In this document: positions 9,391-19,339 of the stretch, one piece after another | Layout of the letters: each line of letters opens with the position of its first letter | Numbering within the stretch: position 1 is the first letter of the stretch | Source: an uncultured virus (IMG/VR IMGVR_UViG_3300031746_000009) | Lineage: Duplodnaviria; Heunggongvirae; Uroviricota; Caudoviricetes | DNA length: 64,000 nucleotides | Reading direction: 5' to 3' (one strand) | IMG/VR virus record: IMGVR_UViG_3300031746_000009 | Notes under the pieces: model-generated | What the model saw: the letters and a program-made list of their open reading frames with translations, nothing else | The model's database searches: none | Told to the model about the DNA's origin: nothing | Position numbers and translations under genes: made by a program

Positions 9391-9866
9391 TGAAACTGGA
9401 TGTTGGCTCAGGCGATAGACCCTCTGGCGATGTGAACTGTGACACTTTCAAAGATAGAACTCCTCACATTAGATTAAGAGACAACAAAATAGTTGTCAAG
9501 TGTAATTTTGTGTTATGTGATGGTGAACATTTGCCTTTCAAAGATGGAGTCTTTTCTGAAACGTATTCTAGTCACACTATTGAGCATGTGCCTAACCCTT
9601 TCGATTTTTTAAAGGAAATGTTCAGAGTTACTCGGGCGAATGGCACTGTACTGGTGAAGTGTCCTCATAGGTTCTCAAGAAACGCGAAGTTTAAGCCTTA
9701 TCATCTTAACTATTTTAATTCAAAATGGTTTAAGAAAGTTTTGGACAAGTTCGAATTGACAGTTGACAGCACATATTATTATCCGTTCGGAGAATACCTA
9801 TCATTTTTCAGGCTTCCTGACGAGCTCATAGTAAAAGCTGTGAAAAAAAACAGGTGGAGAAATTGA
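9387..9866 (+). CDS. class I SAM-dependent methyltransferase
   Basis: LDVGSG, LPF, SHTIEHV. Confidence 0.9.
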   Translation: MMKLDVGSGDRPSGDVNCDTFKDRTPHIRLRDNKIVVKCNFVLCDGEHLPFKDGVFSETYSSHTIEHVPNPFDFLKEMFRVTRANGTVLVKCPHRFSRNAKFKPYHLNYFNSKWFKKVLDKFELTVDSTYYYPFGEYLSFFRLPDELIVKAVKKNRWRN

Positions 9867-9867
9867 C

Positions 9868-11283
9868 ATGAGGATTGTTCTGGTTAATCCACCGTTAAAG
9901 TTGCCTAAGTCTTGGGGTGTTCCCAGTGTTTCTCAGAACCTTGGTTTAATGTATGTGGCTTCAGCTCTGCGAAGTCAAGGGCATGGTGTAAAGGTGATTG
10001 ATGCTGTTGGAGAAAACTGGAAACAAATCGTAGAGACAGAAGATTCTTACTATTGTGGAATGGGCTTCAAAGACATAATAAAAGCGGCTTCAACTTTTGA
10101 CCCGCAAGTTGTCGGAATATCATCCACCTTCACTGTTAACGCTCAAACCGTTAAGAACCTGATTCTTGACCTTAAACAAGAGATGCCCACCGTAAAGGTG
10201 ATGGTTGGTGGACCAGACGTAACAGTAAGACCACGGGAATATGACATGACAGACTACATCGTGTTAGGCGAAGCGGAAGACACGATGAAAGACTTTGCGT
10301 ACACCCATGTTCACTTTCAAAAATTCACTGAAAACTTGGATGAGCTGGCTTTTCCCGCTAGGGACCTGTTTCCGATGCAAGAATACTTTAAAGCCTATGA
10401 CCAGGGAAGGGCGTGCCGGAACAAGTATGTTGCTGACAGACGGTGGACAACTATGGTTACGACACGCGGTTGCCCGTATAACTGCGTTTTCTGCTCTGTG
10501 CATTTGTCTATGGGTAGGAAGCTGCGGAAGAGAAGCATAGAAAACGTGGAGGCTGAAATAAACGAGTTGGTTAAAGGAAAACTGCGGATTAAGCACATCA
10601 ATTTTGAAGATGACAACATTAGCCTAGACCAAGCATTCTTCAGAAACTTTCTTGAAATGCTGGGCCAGTATGATGTGTCTTGGAGCTTGCCTAATGGGAT
10701 AAGGGCTGACACTTTGAATGAGGAGACTGTGCGGGCAATGAGCCGGACTGGATGTTCGAGGCTGTTTGTTGCTCCTGAAGTTGGAGTGCAACGTGTCTTA
10801 ACTGAAATAGTGCATAAGAACATGCAGCTTTCGGCAGTGGAAAAGGCTGTTAAGCTTTTTGTTCGGTATGGAATCAAGGTGGACGCCACGTTCATAATTG
10901 GGTTCATTGGAGAAACTAAAAAAGACATTGTAGACACGATAAGGTATGCGTGTAAGTTGAAGAGGCTTGGCGTAGACGGGATTGCCATAAGTATTGCGGC
11001 TCCGCTTTATGGGACAGAACTTTATCAGCAAGCGGTAGCTGGCGGGTATATTTCGGAAGACTTTGATTTGTCGCAGATGTCGCCGTTTGAATCTGTGATT
11101 TCTACTGAACAGTTTAGTTCAGACTGGATATTGTGGGCGAGAGATTTCAGCAAATGGTATGTGAACCTGCAGGACTGGTTTAAGCCGTTGTCAACAGCCA
11201 AAATGTTGTTGGTGAATCCGAGGCAAGCATACAGTTTTTGCAGGTTTTGGACACGATATATTTTGCCTAAGATACTTCGTTAG
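9868..11283 (+). CDS. cobalamin-binding radical SAM protein
   Basis: B12-binding N-terminus (LGLMYVAS, VGGP, GEAE) and TRGCPYNCVFC. Confidence 0.92.
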   Translation: MRIVLVNPPLKLPKSWGVPSVSQNLGLMYVASALRSQGHGVKVIDAVGENWKQIVETEDSYYCGMGFKDIIKAASTFDPQVVGISSTFTVNAQTVKNLILDLKQEMPTVKVMVGGPDVTVRPREYDMTDYIVLGEAEDTMKDFAYTHVHFQKFTENLDELAFPARDLFPMQEYFKAYDQGRACRNKYVADRRWTTMVTTRGCPYNCVFCSVHLSMGRKLRKRSIENVEAEINELVKGKLRIKHINFEDDNISLDQAFFRNFLEMLGQYDVSWSLPNGIRADTLNEETVRAMSRTGCSRLFVAPEVGVQRVLTEIVHKNMQLSAVEKAVKLFVRYGIKVDATFIIGFIGETKKDIVDTIRYACKLKRLGVDGIAISIAAPLYGTELYQQAVAGGYISEDFDLSQMSPFESVISTEQFSSDWILWARDFSKWYVNLQDWFKPLSTAKMLLVNPRQAYSFCRFWTRYILPKILR

Positions 11284-11396
11284 TTTAGTTGTGCTTCTCT
11301 GATGTAGCTTTCTGGAATCTTTGCTTCAATCGCCAACTGTGCCAGTCTCAAAAAGTGTCGAAGAAGCGGATTCTCAACATAGACGACGATTTCAGG

Positions 11397-11413
11397 TGTT
11401 CGACACTCGACCA
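11397..11413 (+). repeat. 17-bp quasi-palindrome TGTTCGACACTCGACCA, copy 1
   Basis: Exact copies at 21552 (reverse), 26065 and 30781. Confidence 0.9.
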
Positions 11414-11770
11414 CTTCACTCATACCCTTTTCCTCAACGTTTGAACCGTAATTTTCGTCCACAATCCAAAAGCTATCAAAACAAAAACTTCCTCCATGAT
11501 AACCAGAGCCGATTCAACGAACATCGAATGCTCTAGGAATATTTGGAAAACCCACAAAAAGAGAATGAACAAACAGGACACCAAAAACGTTGTAAAGATA
11601 TGTAGCAAATCAATATTTCTCACGCTTTCACCTCTTTCTCGGTGGTTTCTATATTGCTTTTCGTCCTTTCTTCTGGCGCTTGCCACTTCTTAACACTTGT
11701 AAACTTGCCTTCAGAGTCTCTTGTGACAATGCGATAATGACCTTTAACTCTAATTCTTTTACCCATTTTC

Positions 11771-12577
11771 TTAACTCCTTTTCCTCAATAGTTTTGGAAA
11801 GTAGTCTTCCCACGGCAACACATCATAATGCACCAGCGCCGAGCTCGTTCCAGCCATAGTCTGCATCGTCCACCCACCATAGGCGCTGATTTCGAAGGCG
11901 TCGAACCGATAGTTTCTTCTAAGCTCATTCTCTCGAATCTTGCGTAGGCTATGAACCGTGAAAGGCTTAACATGCTCTGGAATCATCTTCATCAAGTGCT
12001 TTCCTTTTCCGTCTAGCTCAGGCAAGGTTTTACGGTAATGCGTGATCTTCACCGATAAGCCTTCAAACACCTGCCTTGAAAGCGCGTGAACTTTTCGCCT
12101 GTAAAATGGGAAGATCGGTTGCTTCAAGACTTGCTGTTTCTGGAAATATTCTAACAGTTCCTTTGTCCAAGGCTCAAACTTTGCATCTAAGGGTAACGCT
12201 ATATCTCTTCTAGTTCCTTGCCGTTTCAAGCCTTTGCGCTTTTCAGTCCAAACGTGGAATAGGGCGACGGGTTCCCGAATCTTAGCGATTTGATGAAGCG
12301 TAAGCTCTTGTTCTTCCGCGAGAGCAATCATCATCAAAGTTCCTACTGTTCCAGAATCTTCGATATTTGGCGTATAGCTTGTTTCTTTGGCTGTGAGTTT
12401 GTGGCCTGTTGTTCCTGCCGTATAGTCACTGGGGTAAGTGTAGGCGATGATTTCGCCGACCCTAGCACAGAATAGGTAGGCTGATTTGAGTAGGTTGCGG
12501 AATGATTCTTCTCTGACTTGCTCTATTCTTTGGCGAACTTCAGCGACATCTGGAAGACTCAAGATTTTTGCTCCCAC
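11771..12577 (-). CDS. tyrosine recombinase (catalytic domain only)
   Basis: ARVGEI (R), TEKRK (K), HSLRK (HxxR), GGW, HY (Tyr). Confidence 0.75.
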   Translation of the reverse strand: MGAKILSLPDVAEVRQRIEQVREESFRNLLKSAYLFCARVGEIIAYTYPSDYTAGTTGHKLTAKETSYTPNIEDSGTVGTLMMIALAEEQELTLHQIAKIREPVALFHVWTEKRKGLKRQGTRRDIALPLDAKFEPWTKELLEYFQKQQVLKQPIFPFYRRKVHALSRQVFEGLSVKITHYRKTLPELDGKGKHLMKMIPEHVKPFTVHSLRKIRENELRRNYRFDAFEISAYGGWTMQTMAGTSSALVHYDVLPWEDYFPKLLRKRS

Positions 12578-13110
12578 TGTTCTCTAATGCCTTCAGCAAC
12601 TAATATTTTATTGTCTTTACGATTTAGCCTTCGTTTGCCAACATTTTCCGCTAGACATATTTCTCTAAACTTATGATCTAGCTTTAGTAGTAACTTCTCT
12701 CGGAGTAACTTTGGTGGCCTTTTCCTACCTCTTACTTTCTTGATGATTGTTAGTTCTTCGAGTATTATTTGTGCAAGCTCCTTCTTCAAGATTAGGAACG
12801 GAATGATTTTCGGCAATAATATTCTGAGAACTGTCGGATGGAATCTTAGCGTAAATGCGCTATGATGTGTAGTCTGCTCTGGTTTTCTCTTATGTTCACA
12901 AAGTTCGCATTTCTCTCCGATCATTTCTTGAACCTTGTTAAGTAGGTCTTTGTTTGAATTGCATATGTTGACTCTGAATTCTCTGGCATATCCCTTCTTC
13001 ACGTTTTTCCTAAAATAAGGATTCGTGTGTAGGAATATATCCAAGTATCCTTCTCCGTCTATTAGTCCTGCAATGTAGGCCCACTTTGTTTCTTCAAGCT
13101 GTACGGACAT
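12559..13110 (-). CDS. single-motif LAGLIDADG endonuclease-like protein
   Basis: AYIAGLIDGEG; later LPKIIPFLILKK pattern. Confidence 0.85.
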   Translation of the reverse strand: MSVQLEETKWAYIAGLIDGEGYLDIFLHTNPYFRKNVKKGYAREFRVNICNSNKDLLNKVQEMIGEKCELCEHKRKPEQTTHHSAFTLRFHPTVLRILLPKIIPFLILKKELAQIILEELTIIKKVRGRKRPPKLLREKLLLKLDHKFREICLAENVGKRRLNRKDNKILVAEGIREQWEQKS

Positions 13111-13242
13111 AAAGCTCTATTATTATTCTTTTAATATTAAAGCTTTCTCATTTCAATTAAAATGGGCGAACAACATGCTTGGCGGAAATTCGGAGGGCGA
13201 TCTGGGCTGTAAAGAGTATATATTATTCTAAAAGGGGAATGT

Positions 13243-14205
13243 CTACTGCGCATGCGCATCGTCAATGGCACGTTCTTTAGCATACCTAACATTGGCTAAT
13301 GCTCGCGCTGCTTCGCTCGCTGCGTTTGGTTCAATGATTGATACTTGTTTTTGTTTGCGTTTCTCAAGCAGGTTCCTGAATCGGGTGTACGCTGTTTCAG
13401 TAAGATGCAATCTTCTTTCCCAATATACACGGAATTTTTCTATTGAAACACCTAGCAAGAAAGCTTTTTCCTTATAGAATTTTTCTCCTATCCATTCACG
13501 GCCACCGTAAATGTATTTGACTGAGCGTATTTCTGCGTCTAACACGAATGCTTCTGGAATTAGTGGAAACATGATTTCTTCTACACGGATTAGCTTGGCT
13601 ATTTCTTTTGTTGGGTCTTTAATGTTTCTTAACCATAGCCAACGTTGATAGTCGTAATGGCTTTTGATGTCGCCTGTTCTGTTAAAGCATAGGATGTCGC
13701 CTGTGATGTCTTCTAAGATGAATGCGGCAACCTTGTTTTTTCGGGTCATTGAGAAGTCGAAGCAACTCATTTTTGTGCGTACTGTCTCCCAAGAGCTTTT
13801 CAATTCTGTGTATAGTTCTCTATCTGAATTGTAGAGACTGCTTGGAAAAATTGTGCCAATATCATCTACGCCTATCCACGGTATCAAGTCTTGTGTGTCT
13901 AGCAAATTCATTAGTTGATCTCTTTCTGTTACGACATGTCTGAAAACTTTGTCCCAGTCTTGATAGATTGCAAATCCTCTCTGTAACAGTAGGTTGCTTT
14001 TTCCACTTCCCTTGTCTCCTACGAGAGCGGTTGATTCCCAACCGTGATCTCTGGCTGCCTTTCGTAAATAATCTATTGCTGTGAATCCTGGGATTATTGT
14101 TCCGTATTTGATTGCTAGTCTGAAAAGTTTTTGCACTTTGGCTTTTGATAGTTCTCGATTTATCTGTTCTAATGCGGTTGCTTCTGTCGTAATGGTTTCA
14201 GTCAT
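13243..14205 (-). CDS. P-loop ATPase, candidate genome packaging/extrusion ATPase
   Basis: Walker A GDKGSGKS and Walker B IGVDD; function inferred from context. Confidence 0.75.
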   Translation of the reverse strand: MTETITTEATALEQINRELSKAKVQKLFRLAIKYGTIIPGFTAIDYLRKAARDHGWESTALVGDKGSGKSNLLLQRGFAIYQDWDKVFRHVVTERDQLMNLLDTQDLIPWIGVDDIGTIFPSSLYNSDRELYTELKSSWETVRTKMSCFDFSMTRKNKVAAFILEDITGDILCFNRTGDIKSHYDYQRWLWLRNIKDPTKEIAKLIRVEEIMFPLIPEAFVLDAEIRSVKYIYGGREWIGEKFYKEKAFLLGVSIEKFRVYWERRLHLTETAYTRFRNLLEKRKQKQVSIIEPNAASEAARALANVRYAKERAIDDAHAQ

Positions 14206-14210
14206 AATGG

Positions 14211-14597
14211 TTAAACCTTGCTGCTTGTTCTTTCCGGAAGAGGCTTGCTATCTGGTGGCGGCCTTTTTTCTGGAAGTGAACTTGAAGGCACGATTCCCGT
14301 GTGAAATTCGACAAAATAGGTTTTGTTTAGATAACCTGTTAATTTTCTATAATGGCTTTTCACATCTTCCGACGTGTATTTTTGTTGCCCTGAGTCGCAT
14401 CGTTTCAATGTTTCGTATAGCTCGTCAAGTCCTTTTTTACATTCATCTGGTACGGTGTCAATTATTTCGCGCATTATTGCCACTCCAAGAGAGCCTTCTT
14501 TATGCTCATAAATTGCGGTGGATGCTAGAAATGTTTTTGCGATTAGTTGTAATAGATAGGCTTTTACTGGTTCTGGTGAGAATCCGTCAATACTCAA
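14211..14597 (-). CDS. hypothetical protein
   Basis: Co-oriented upstream of ATPase; GGGTGA SD. Confidence 0.65.
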   Translation of the reverse strand: MSIDGFSPEPVKAYLLQLIAKTFLASTAIYEHKEGSLGVAIMREIIDTVPDECKKGLDELYETLKRCDSGQQKYTSEDVKSHYRKLTGYLNKTYFVEFHTGIVPSSSLPEKRPPPDSKPLPERTSSKV

Positions 14598-14611
14598 AAT
14601 CTTTCACCCTT

Positions 14612-14716
14612 TCACATTGGGTATGCGCTTGTTAGTATGCTTGCTCTATTCTTGTCGTATGCTGCGAGAATGTTTTTTGGTACTCTCTTTTTACGTTTCT
14701 TCTTGTGGCACGGCAT
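14612..14716 (-). CDS. 34-aa basic peptide
   Basis: Manual translation MPCHKKKRKKRVPKNILAAYDKNRASILTSAYPM, downstream of a TATA-like sequence. Confidence 0.4.
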   Translation of the reverse strand: MPCHKKKRKKRVPKNILAAYDKNRASILTSAYPM

Positions 14717-14758
14717 ATTTTTAAATAGTTAGCCTACACATATAAACTTTGACGAATT

Positions 14759-16852
14759 ATGCCATTACAAAGTCTTGGTGAACGGCGTAAGAATGTTTCT
14801 TTGACACGTTTAGAGCCTGAACGCCAAGTTGAATCGGAGCGTGATTGGCGAAGCTACCGCAAGCCTTCTGAACAAATCTTTTACAGTGACACTGGACACG
14901 GATATGTTAAACAGTATCAGAGGAAACCCAGAGATTTCATGGGGAGAAGACAGCCTCAAGGCGTGTTCGCCAGCGACGTGGGCGTTATGTATGGGCTTAG
15001 ACCTGCTTATCCAAGTCCTCCACTGAATCGTGAAGAATGGCTTTTTGATCTACAAATATCGGAAGCGCAAAAGGAAATAAAGTTTACCCGTATGGTTTCG
15101 AAGCTTGATATTTCGCAAGAGGAAAAGGAGCGTTTGCTCTCGCTTTACGTTCCTGGCGCGGCTGAAGCTATTACGTATGGGAAAGCGGTTACCGCTAGTC
15201 ACAGCTTCTATCGTGGGCTTGGTTATCCCGAGTTTGGTGGGCGATATGCGCCTTTCACGGTTCCAAGTGGCGCGAAGATTCAGAGTATTGTTGAAACTGA
15301 ATCGGGTTTGAAGATCACGTTTGAAGGCACCAGAGAAAAGATTGAGGATTATGTGCAAACTGAAGATGAACCGTTGAAGTTGCCTAAAGCATTGGGAACC
15401 TCTGCTTTCACTGAAAGTCTTTTGGCTCCAGTGGAGAAGAAGGTTGTTAAAGAGGAATGGTTAAGCGAACAGCTTTACAATGTTCAAATGGGAAGCGAAC
15501 TTGTTGTTACTGGTAAAGGAGCAACCACGCAATCTATGCGTCCATTTGCGCCTTTAGCGTTCTTGATTGCTCCAGCCGAATACTTTGTCTATGGTTTAGT
15601 TACGATGATTAGAGGCCCAGATTTTCCGTCTGTTTCTACGCCACCTAGCACACCCACACTGTTCACGAATCCAGTGGGCGTTATTCAAGCGGGACGGACT
15701 GCTATGGCTGCAAGTCTTTTGGGTGAAATCTTGCTTTCTGAAACGATAGGTTTCGGCTTCAACGTTGGCTTAGAAACAGTTGGAAAAGCCGTGAGCCCAG
15801 TTTCGAAGCTTGTCCAAACCTCTAAGCCTTACATTGGAGCTAGGGGAAGCTACTTCAGCTTCGTGAACTGGCTTAAGAATCCTGAACCATTCAGTGAGAA
15901 CAGGGTTTTCTATGATGTTTATTCGGACACTTTGAAAGGCAAGTCTTCAACGTCTAAGGAATTGTTGAAGGGAACGGATTGGTTGAAAGGCGAATCAGAC
16001 GAGTTAATACAGGTTGTCAGTGAAGGCTCAGATGATTCAATGCAACAGTTCACTAAAAGCTTGAAGTATGAAAAGCCTCAAGGGGGATTCACAAGTCGCA
16101 AGTTGCCACTTGCTTCAGAAATCAAGATTATTCAGCCTTCCGAGGAAGAACTTTACACTAGAGTTTTCGCAAGCGTTAGCGAACAACCTTTTGTGAGCCA
16201 AGGAACAAGTCAAGTTCTTATCATGGAGAAACCAGTTTCGAAAGTTGCGGTTGCTGTTTCAACGAAGGAGCTGTCTTTTGCCGAGATGACGCCTATTCCA
16301 ATGTTGCAGTTTTGGACTGGCAAGGCTTACCCGTTCATGTCTTCAAGTCGAAGGCAACAGGAAGAAACTGAGATAGAAGTCTTAAGTTATCCGGCGAGTG
16401 CTATGGGTTTTGCGGTGGCGAAGCCTATTGGTCAAACTGACTTTCTACAACGAAGCCGAGCCGTGCAGGGATTGTCTGGGTTTGAGGTTGCTCCTCGCCT
16501 CAAGCCCACGACAACCATTTCAACGGTTAGAACCGGATTGTTCAAAGGATTAAAAGGCTCAAGCATCATGGCTCCTAAATCTGCGTCACGCTTCACACAA
16601 TCCACGAACTTGAAGCCCATGTCTCTTTCAGAATCCGGCTTAAAACTGGACCAAGGCTTAAAACAGAACATGGCTCAAGCTTCCAGAATTGCAGAGCAAT
16701 ATCAGCTTAAACAAAAGTTTCAGTTTCCAGAAGAACCTTTTAAACGTAAGGGTGGAAGGCGAAAACGTAAAAAGGCGAAAGGCGGTATAGCTGACTGGTA
16801 TGTGGTTGATTGGCCATTATCCAAACCGGAAGATTTCTTAAAGAGGTTTTAA
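14759..16852 (+). CDS. large hypothetical protein heading the structural operon, basic C-terminus
   Basis: 697-aa ORF; KRKGGRRKRKK near C-terminus. Confidence 0.75.
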   Translation: MPLQSLGERRKNVSLTRLEPERQVESERDWRSYRKPSEQIFYSDTGHGYVKQYQRKPRDFMGRRQPQGVFASDVGVMYGLRPAYPSPPLNREEWLFDLQISEAQKEIKFTRMVSKLDISQEEKERLLSLYVPGAAEAITYGKAVTASHSFYRGLGYPEFGGRYAPFTVPSGAKIQSIVETESGLKITFEGTREKIEDYVQTEDEPLKLPKALGTSAFTESLLAPVEKKVVKEEWLSEQLYNVQMGSELVVTGKGATTQSMRPFAPLAFLIAPAEYFVYGLVTMIRGPDFPSVSTPPSTPTLFTNPVGVIQAGRTAMAASLLGEILLSETIGFGFNVGLETVGKAVSPVSKLVQTSKPYIGARGSYFSFVNWLKNPEPFSENRVFYDVYSDTLKGKSSTSKELLKGTDWLKGESDELIQVVSEGSDDSMQQFTKSLKYEKPQGGFTSRKLPLASEIKIIQPSEEELYTRVFASVSEQPFVSQGTSQVLIMEKPVSKVAVAVSTKELSFAEMTPIPMLQFWTGKAYPFMSSSRRQQEETEIEVLSYPASAMGFAVAKPIGQTDFLQRSRAVQGLSGFEVAPRLKPTTTISTVRTGLFKGLKGSSIMAPKSASRFTQSTNLKPMSLSESGLKLDQGLKQNMAQASRIAEQYQLKQKFQFPEEPFKRKGGRRKRKKAKGGIADWYVVDWPLSKPEDFLKRF

Positions 16853-16853
16853 C

Positions 16854-17138
16854 ATGCGAAACTTTAGACATGACCAGCGCGGTTTGGCTGGCGTTATTAT
16901 TATGTTTCTTGTTTCAGTTGTGCTGTTTAGCATATGCTGGTACGCAGTCGGAATCCCATTTATTCTTTTCAAAACCTCTATGGAATCTTTAGTCACGTTT
17001 CCCGCGCCCTTCAATGCTGCCGTAGCTTTCATCAGCTTCGTGTTCGCCATAATTCCATACATTATTTTGCTTGCGTTGATTGGCTACGTGATTGCGAGCG
17101 CGATTTATCCGCATTGGGCAAGCCAGCCAGGAGCCTAA
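16854..17138 (+). CDS. two-helix hydrophobic capsid-like protein with class III signal-like leader
   Basis: DQRG|LAGVIIMFLV then two long hydrophobic helices. Confidence 0.65.
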   Translation: MRNFRHDQRGLAGVIIMFLVSVVLFSICWYAVGIPFILFKTSMESLVTFPAPFNAAVAFISFVFAIIPYIILLALIGYVIASAIYPHWASQPGA

Positions 17139-17141
17139 CAT

Positions 17142-18884
17142 ATGCGGAAGCTTGCCTTTTTTCTCATGTTCTTATGTTCACTAAGTTTTCTTGCTGGCTT
17201 CAGCTTCAAAGAAGCAAAAGCAACACCGATCATAGTTACGAGAACTTTCTCAGCTTTAACTTCTGATGGGCAACTTCTCAACTATGGTTCATCTTACAGC
17301 TCTAAACATGATTCAATGTTTGGATATGTTGCTGCTGACGATGTTTATGGATTAGTCGGTCAAGAAAAGGTTATCTCATATTACATTAGGCGGCAATGCG
17401 AATTTTTTGACACCTCTGTTCTCTCTGGCAAGAATTTGACTTCAGCAACTCTGAAACTTTACATTGAAGCTGATTTTTCAACAACCGATTTTAATATGAC
17501 AATTCAATATGCGATAATTGATGCTCCATTAACAGACATGGATTATTGGTATCGGTGGTTTCTAGGAGATTATGGTTCAGCTAACACAACCACAATAAGC
17601 GGAGTTGGGTACTGGAACATTGCCTTCTCAAATTTAAGCATCATAGATTTGGATGGTATTACCACGCTTGGCTTGCGTAGTTCCCGAGACATAAATTCTG
17701 ATGTGCCTACTGGTGATGAGGCAATCCGATTTTACGCGGCAGAACAAGGATCTGCTTACGCGCCAGTTCTTTCCGTGACTTATGAGACGGAAGGCTACCA
17801 CTACGTTGTTCATGGACCATACTCAGAAAATGGGACGGTTGCTAATGCCTTCGTGAACATAACATTTTCTATTCAGAACATGGATTCAAACAGCACATAC
17901 TTGAACGGCACTGACGGCGTGGTTGACACCTTAGACTTTCAGGTTGAACAGAAAGGCGTGAGCTTCACATGGAACATTAGCGCGTCTGGCTACAATTACA
18001 CACGCATCGTCATGCTAAAGTCTGACACCTTTGAAGAAATCTACATATTCATTCCGAACAGTGCTGAGGTTGCAAACATTTACTATTTTAACTTCATAGA
18101 TTTGGTGGGAATAACAAACGGCTACCTTGAAACACGAATAACCTTCAACGGTTCCAGCACAATTGTAGAACGCCAAAAGGCAGACGTTTACAGTCTCAAA
18201 CCGTTCTGGCTAACATGGAACCATCACTATGATGTTCGGCTTGTCTGCGATCAGGGCTCATACACTTGGAGCGATCAAGTGGCTACTGAACCTTACACGT
18301 GGACTTTTGCGGTGAACAGTGGCATGTTTCCCATCACCTTGCCGGGCATGAACTTGACGATTTATGCGGAAAGAAAGAATCACACGTACATTCAGGTGAA
18401 TTATAGTGACGCTGAATCTTTGACGAGCTGGGTGAACGTGGCTTTCAAGCACAAGCTCAACGGCGTCTACGTGACGGATTATAGTCTTAACCAGACGGGC
18501 AACAGTGTTCAAGTCAACTGGTATAGTGCAGACGAAGACTTTGGGTATCGTGTTTTGGTTCAGTATTACCGTAACGGCACAACAGAGTCGGGTTACTTGT
18601 TTGTGAATCAGCTTCCATCGGACGCATTGGTTTTTGAAGGGCAACTTGATTTGCTGGGCTTGTTCCCATTCGATTCAAGACAGCTCATAGGCATCTTTAT
18701 CTTATTCATCATTGGAACCATTTTCACTTATGAAGACGTGGTTATCGGAGGCTTCACCATCCTAATCTTAGCCTCGTTCCTGAACCTGATCGGATTCTTG
18801 GCTATCGGCTGGACGCTTATCGGGGTAGGCTTCATAATCATTTTCCTTGCGGCATTGGCTAACGCGAAAAGGGGAACGGTCTGA
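17142..18884 (+). CDS. secreted glycoprotein with C-terminal membrane anchors (spike/adhesin-like)
   Basis: Signal peptide, SATLKLY beta-domain, many NxS/T sequons, about 3 C-terminal TM segments. Confidence 0.75.
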   Translation: MRKLAFFLMFLCSLSFLAGFSFKEAKATPIIVTRTFSALTSDGQLLNYGSSYSSKHDSMFGYVAADDVYGLVGQEKVISYYIRRQCEFFDTSVLSGKNLTSATLKLYIEADFSTTDFNMTIQYAIIDAPLTDMDYWYRWFLGDYGSANTTTISGVGYWNIAFSNLSIIDLDGITTLGLRSSRDINSDVPTGDEAIRFYAAEQGSAYAPVLSVTYETEGYHYVVHGPYSENGTVANAFVNITFSIQNMDSNSTYLNGTDGVVDTLDFQVEQKGVSFTWNISASGYNYTRIVMLKSDTFEEIYIFIPNSAEVANIYYFNFIDLVGITNGYLETRITFNGSSTIVERQKADVYSLKPFWLTWNHHYDVRLVCDQGSYTWSDQVATEPYTWTFAVNSGMFPITLPGMNLTIYAERKNHTYIQVNYSDAESLTSWVNVAFKHKLNGVYVTDYSLNQTGNSVQVNWYSADEDFGYRVLVQYYRNGTTESGYLFVNQLPSDALVFEGQLDLLGLFPFDSRQLIGIFILFIIGTIFTYEDVVIGGFTILILASFLNLIGFLAIGWTLIGVGFIIIFLAALANAKRGTV

Positions 18885-19339
18885 TGGGTAAGGATGCTTT
18901 CCTATTTGTGATTTCGCTTCACCTAGCCACATTCCTATTAACTCTTAGCGGCTTCGCTAGTGTGGTGCTTGGCTCTTACACTTCACCTCAGAGCATGGTA
19001 GGCGCGGGAGGCTTATTCAACATTGAAAACTTGACTGTTCTCACGATTGGAACCACTATTGTTGGAGCTGTGTTTAGCGGCTTGCTTTCAGTTGTCACAA
19101 AGAATTTAGCCTATGGAACCGTTGCCATCTTGATTTGGGTTGTGAGTATGATGTGGACTCCTATCGGATGGGTTGTGAACAGCACACCCTTGTTTCTCAA
19201 GAACATTGTTTTAACGATTGGAGGCGCTGCGCCTGAAGCGGTGATAATTGCGGATGCGGTGATGTGGCTTAGTACGGCATTGTTCGTTTACATAGTGTTC
19301 ATGTTTGTGATGGAAATTTATGCGGGAAGACAACTATGA
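18884..19339 (+). CDS. integral membrane protein
   Basis: About 4 TM segments. Confidence 0.8.
   Translation: MGKDAFLFVISLHLATFLLTLSGFASVVLGSYTSPQSMVGAGGLFNIENLTVLTIGTTIVGAVFSGLLSVVTKNLAYGTVAILIWVVSMMWTPIGWVVNSTPLFLKNIVLTIGGAAPEAVIIADAVMWLSTALFVYIVFMFVMEIYAGRQL

Noticed and set aside
12559..13110. LAGLIDADG ORF as part of an intron or intein
   Set aside because: It has its own start and stop, no intein terminal motifs, and no interrupted host gene was evident.
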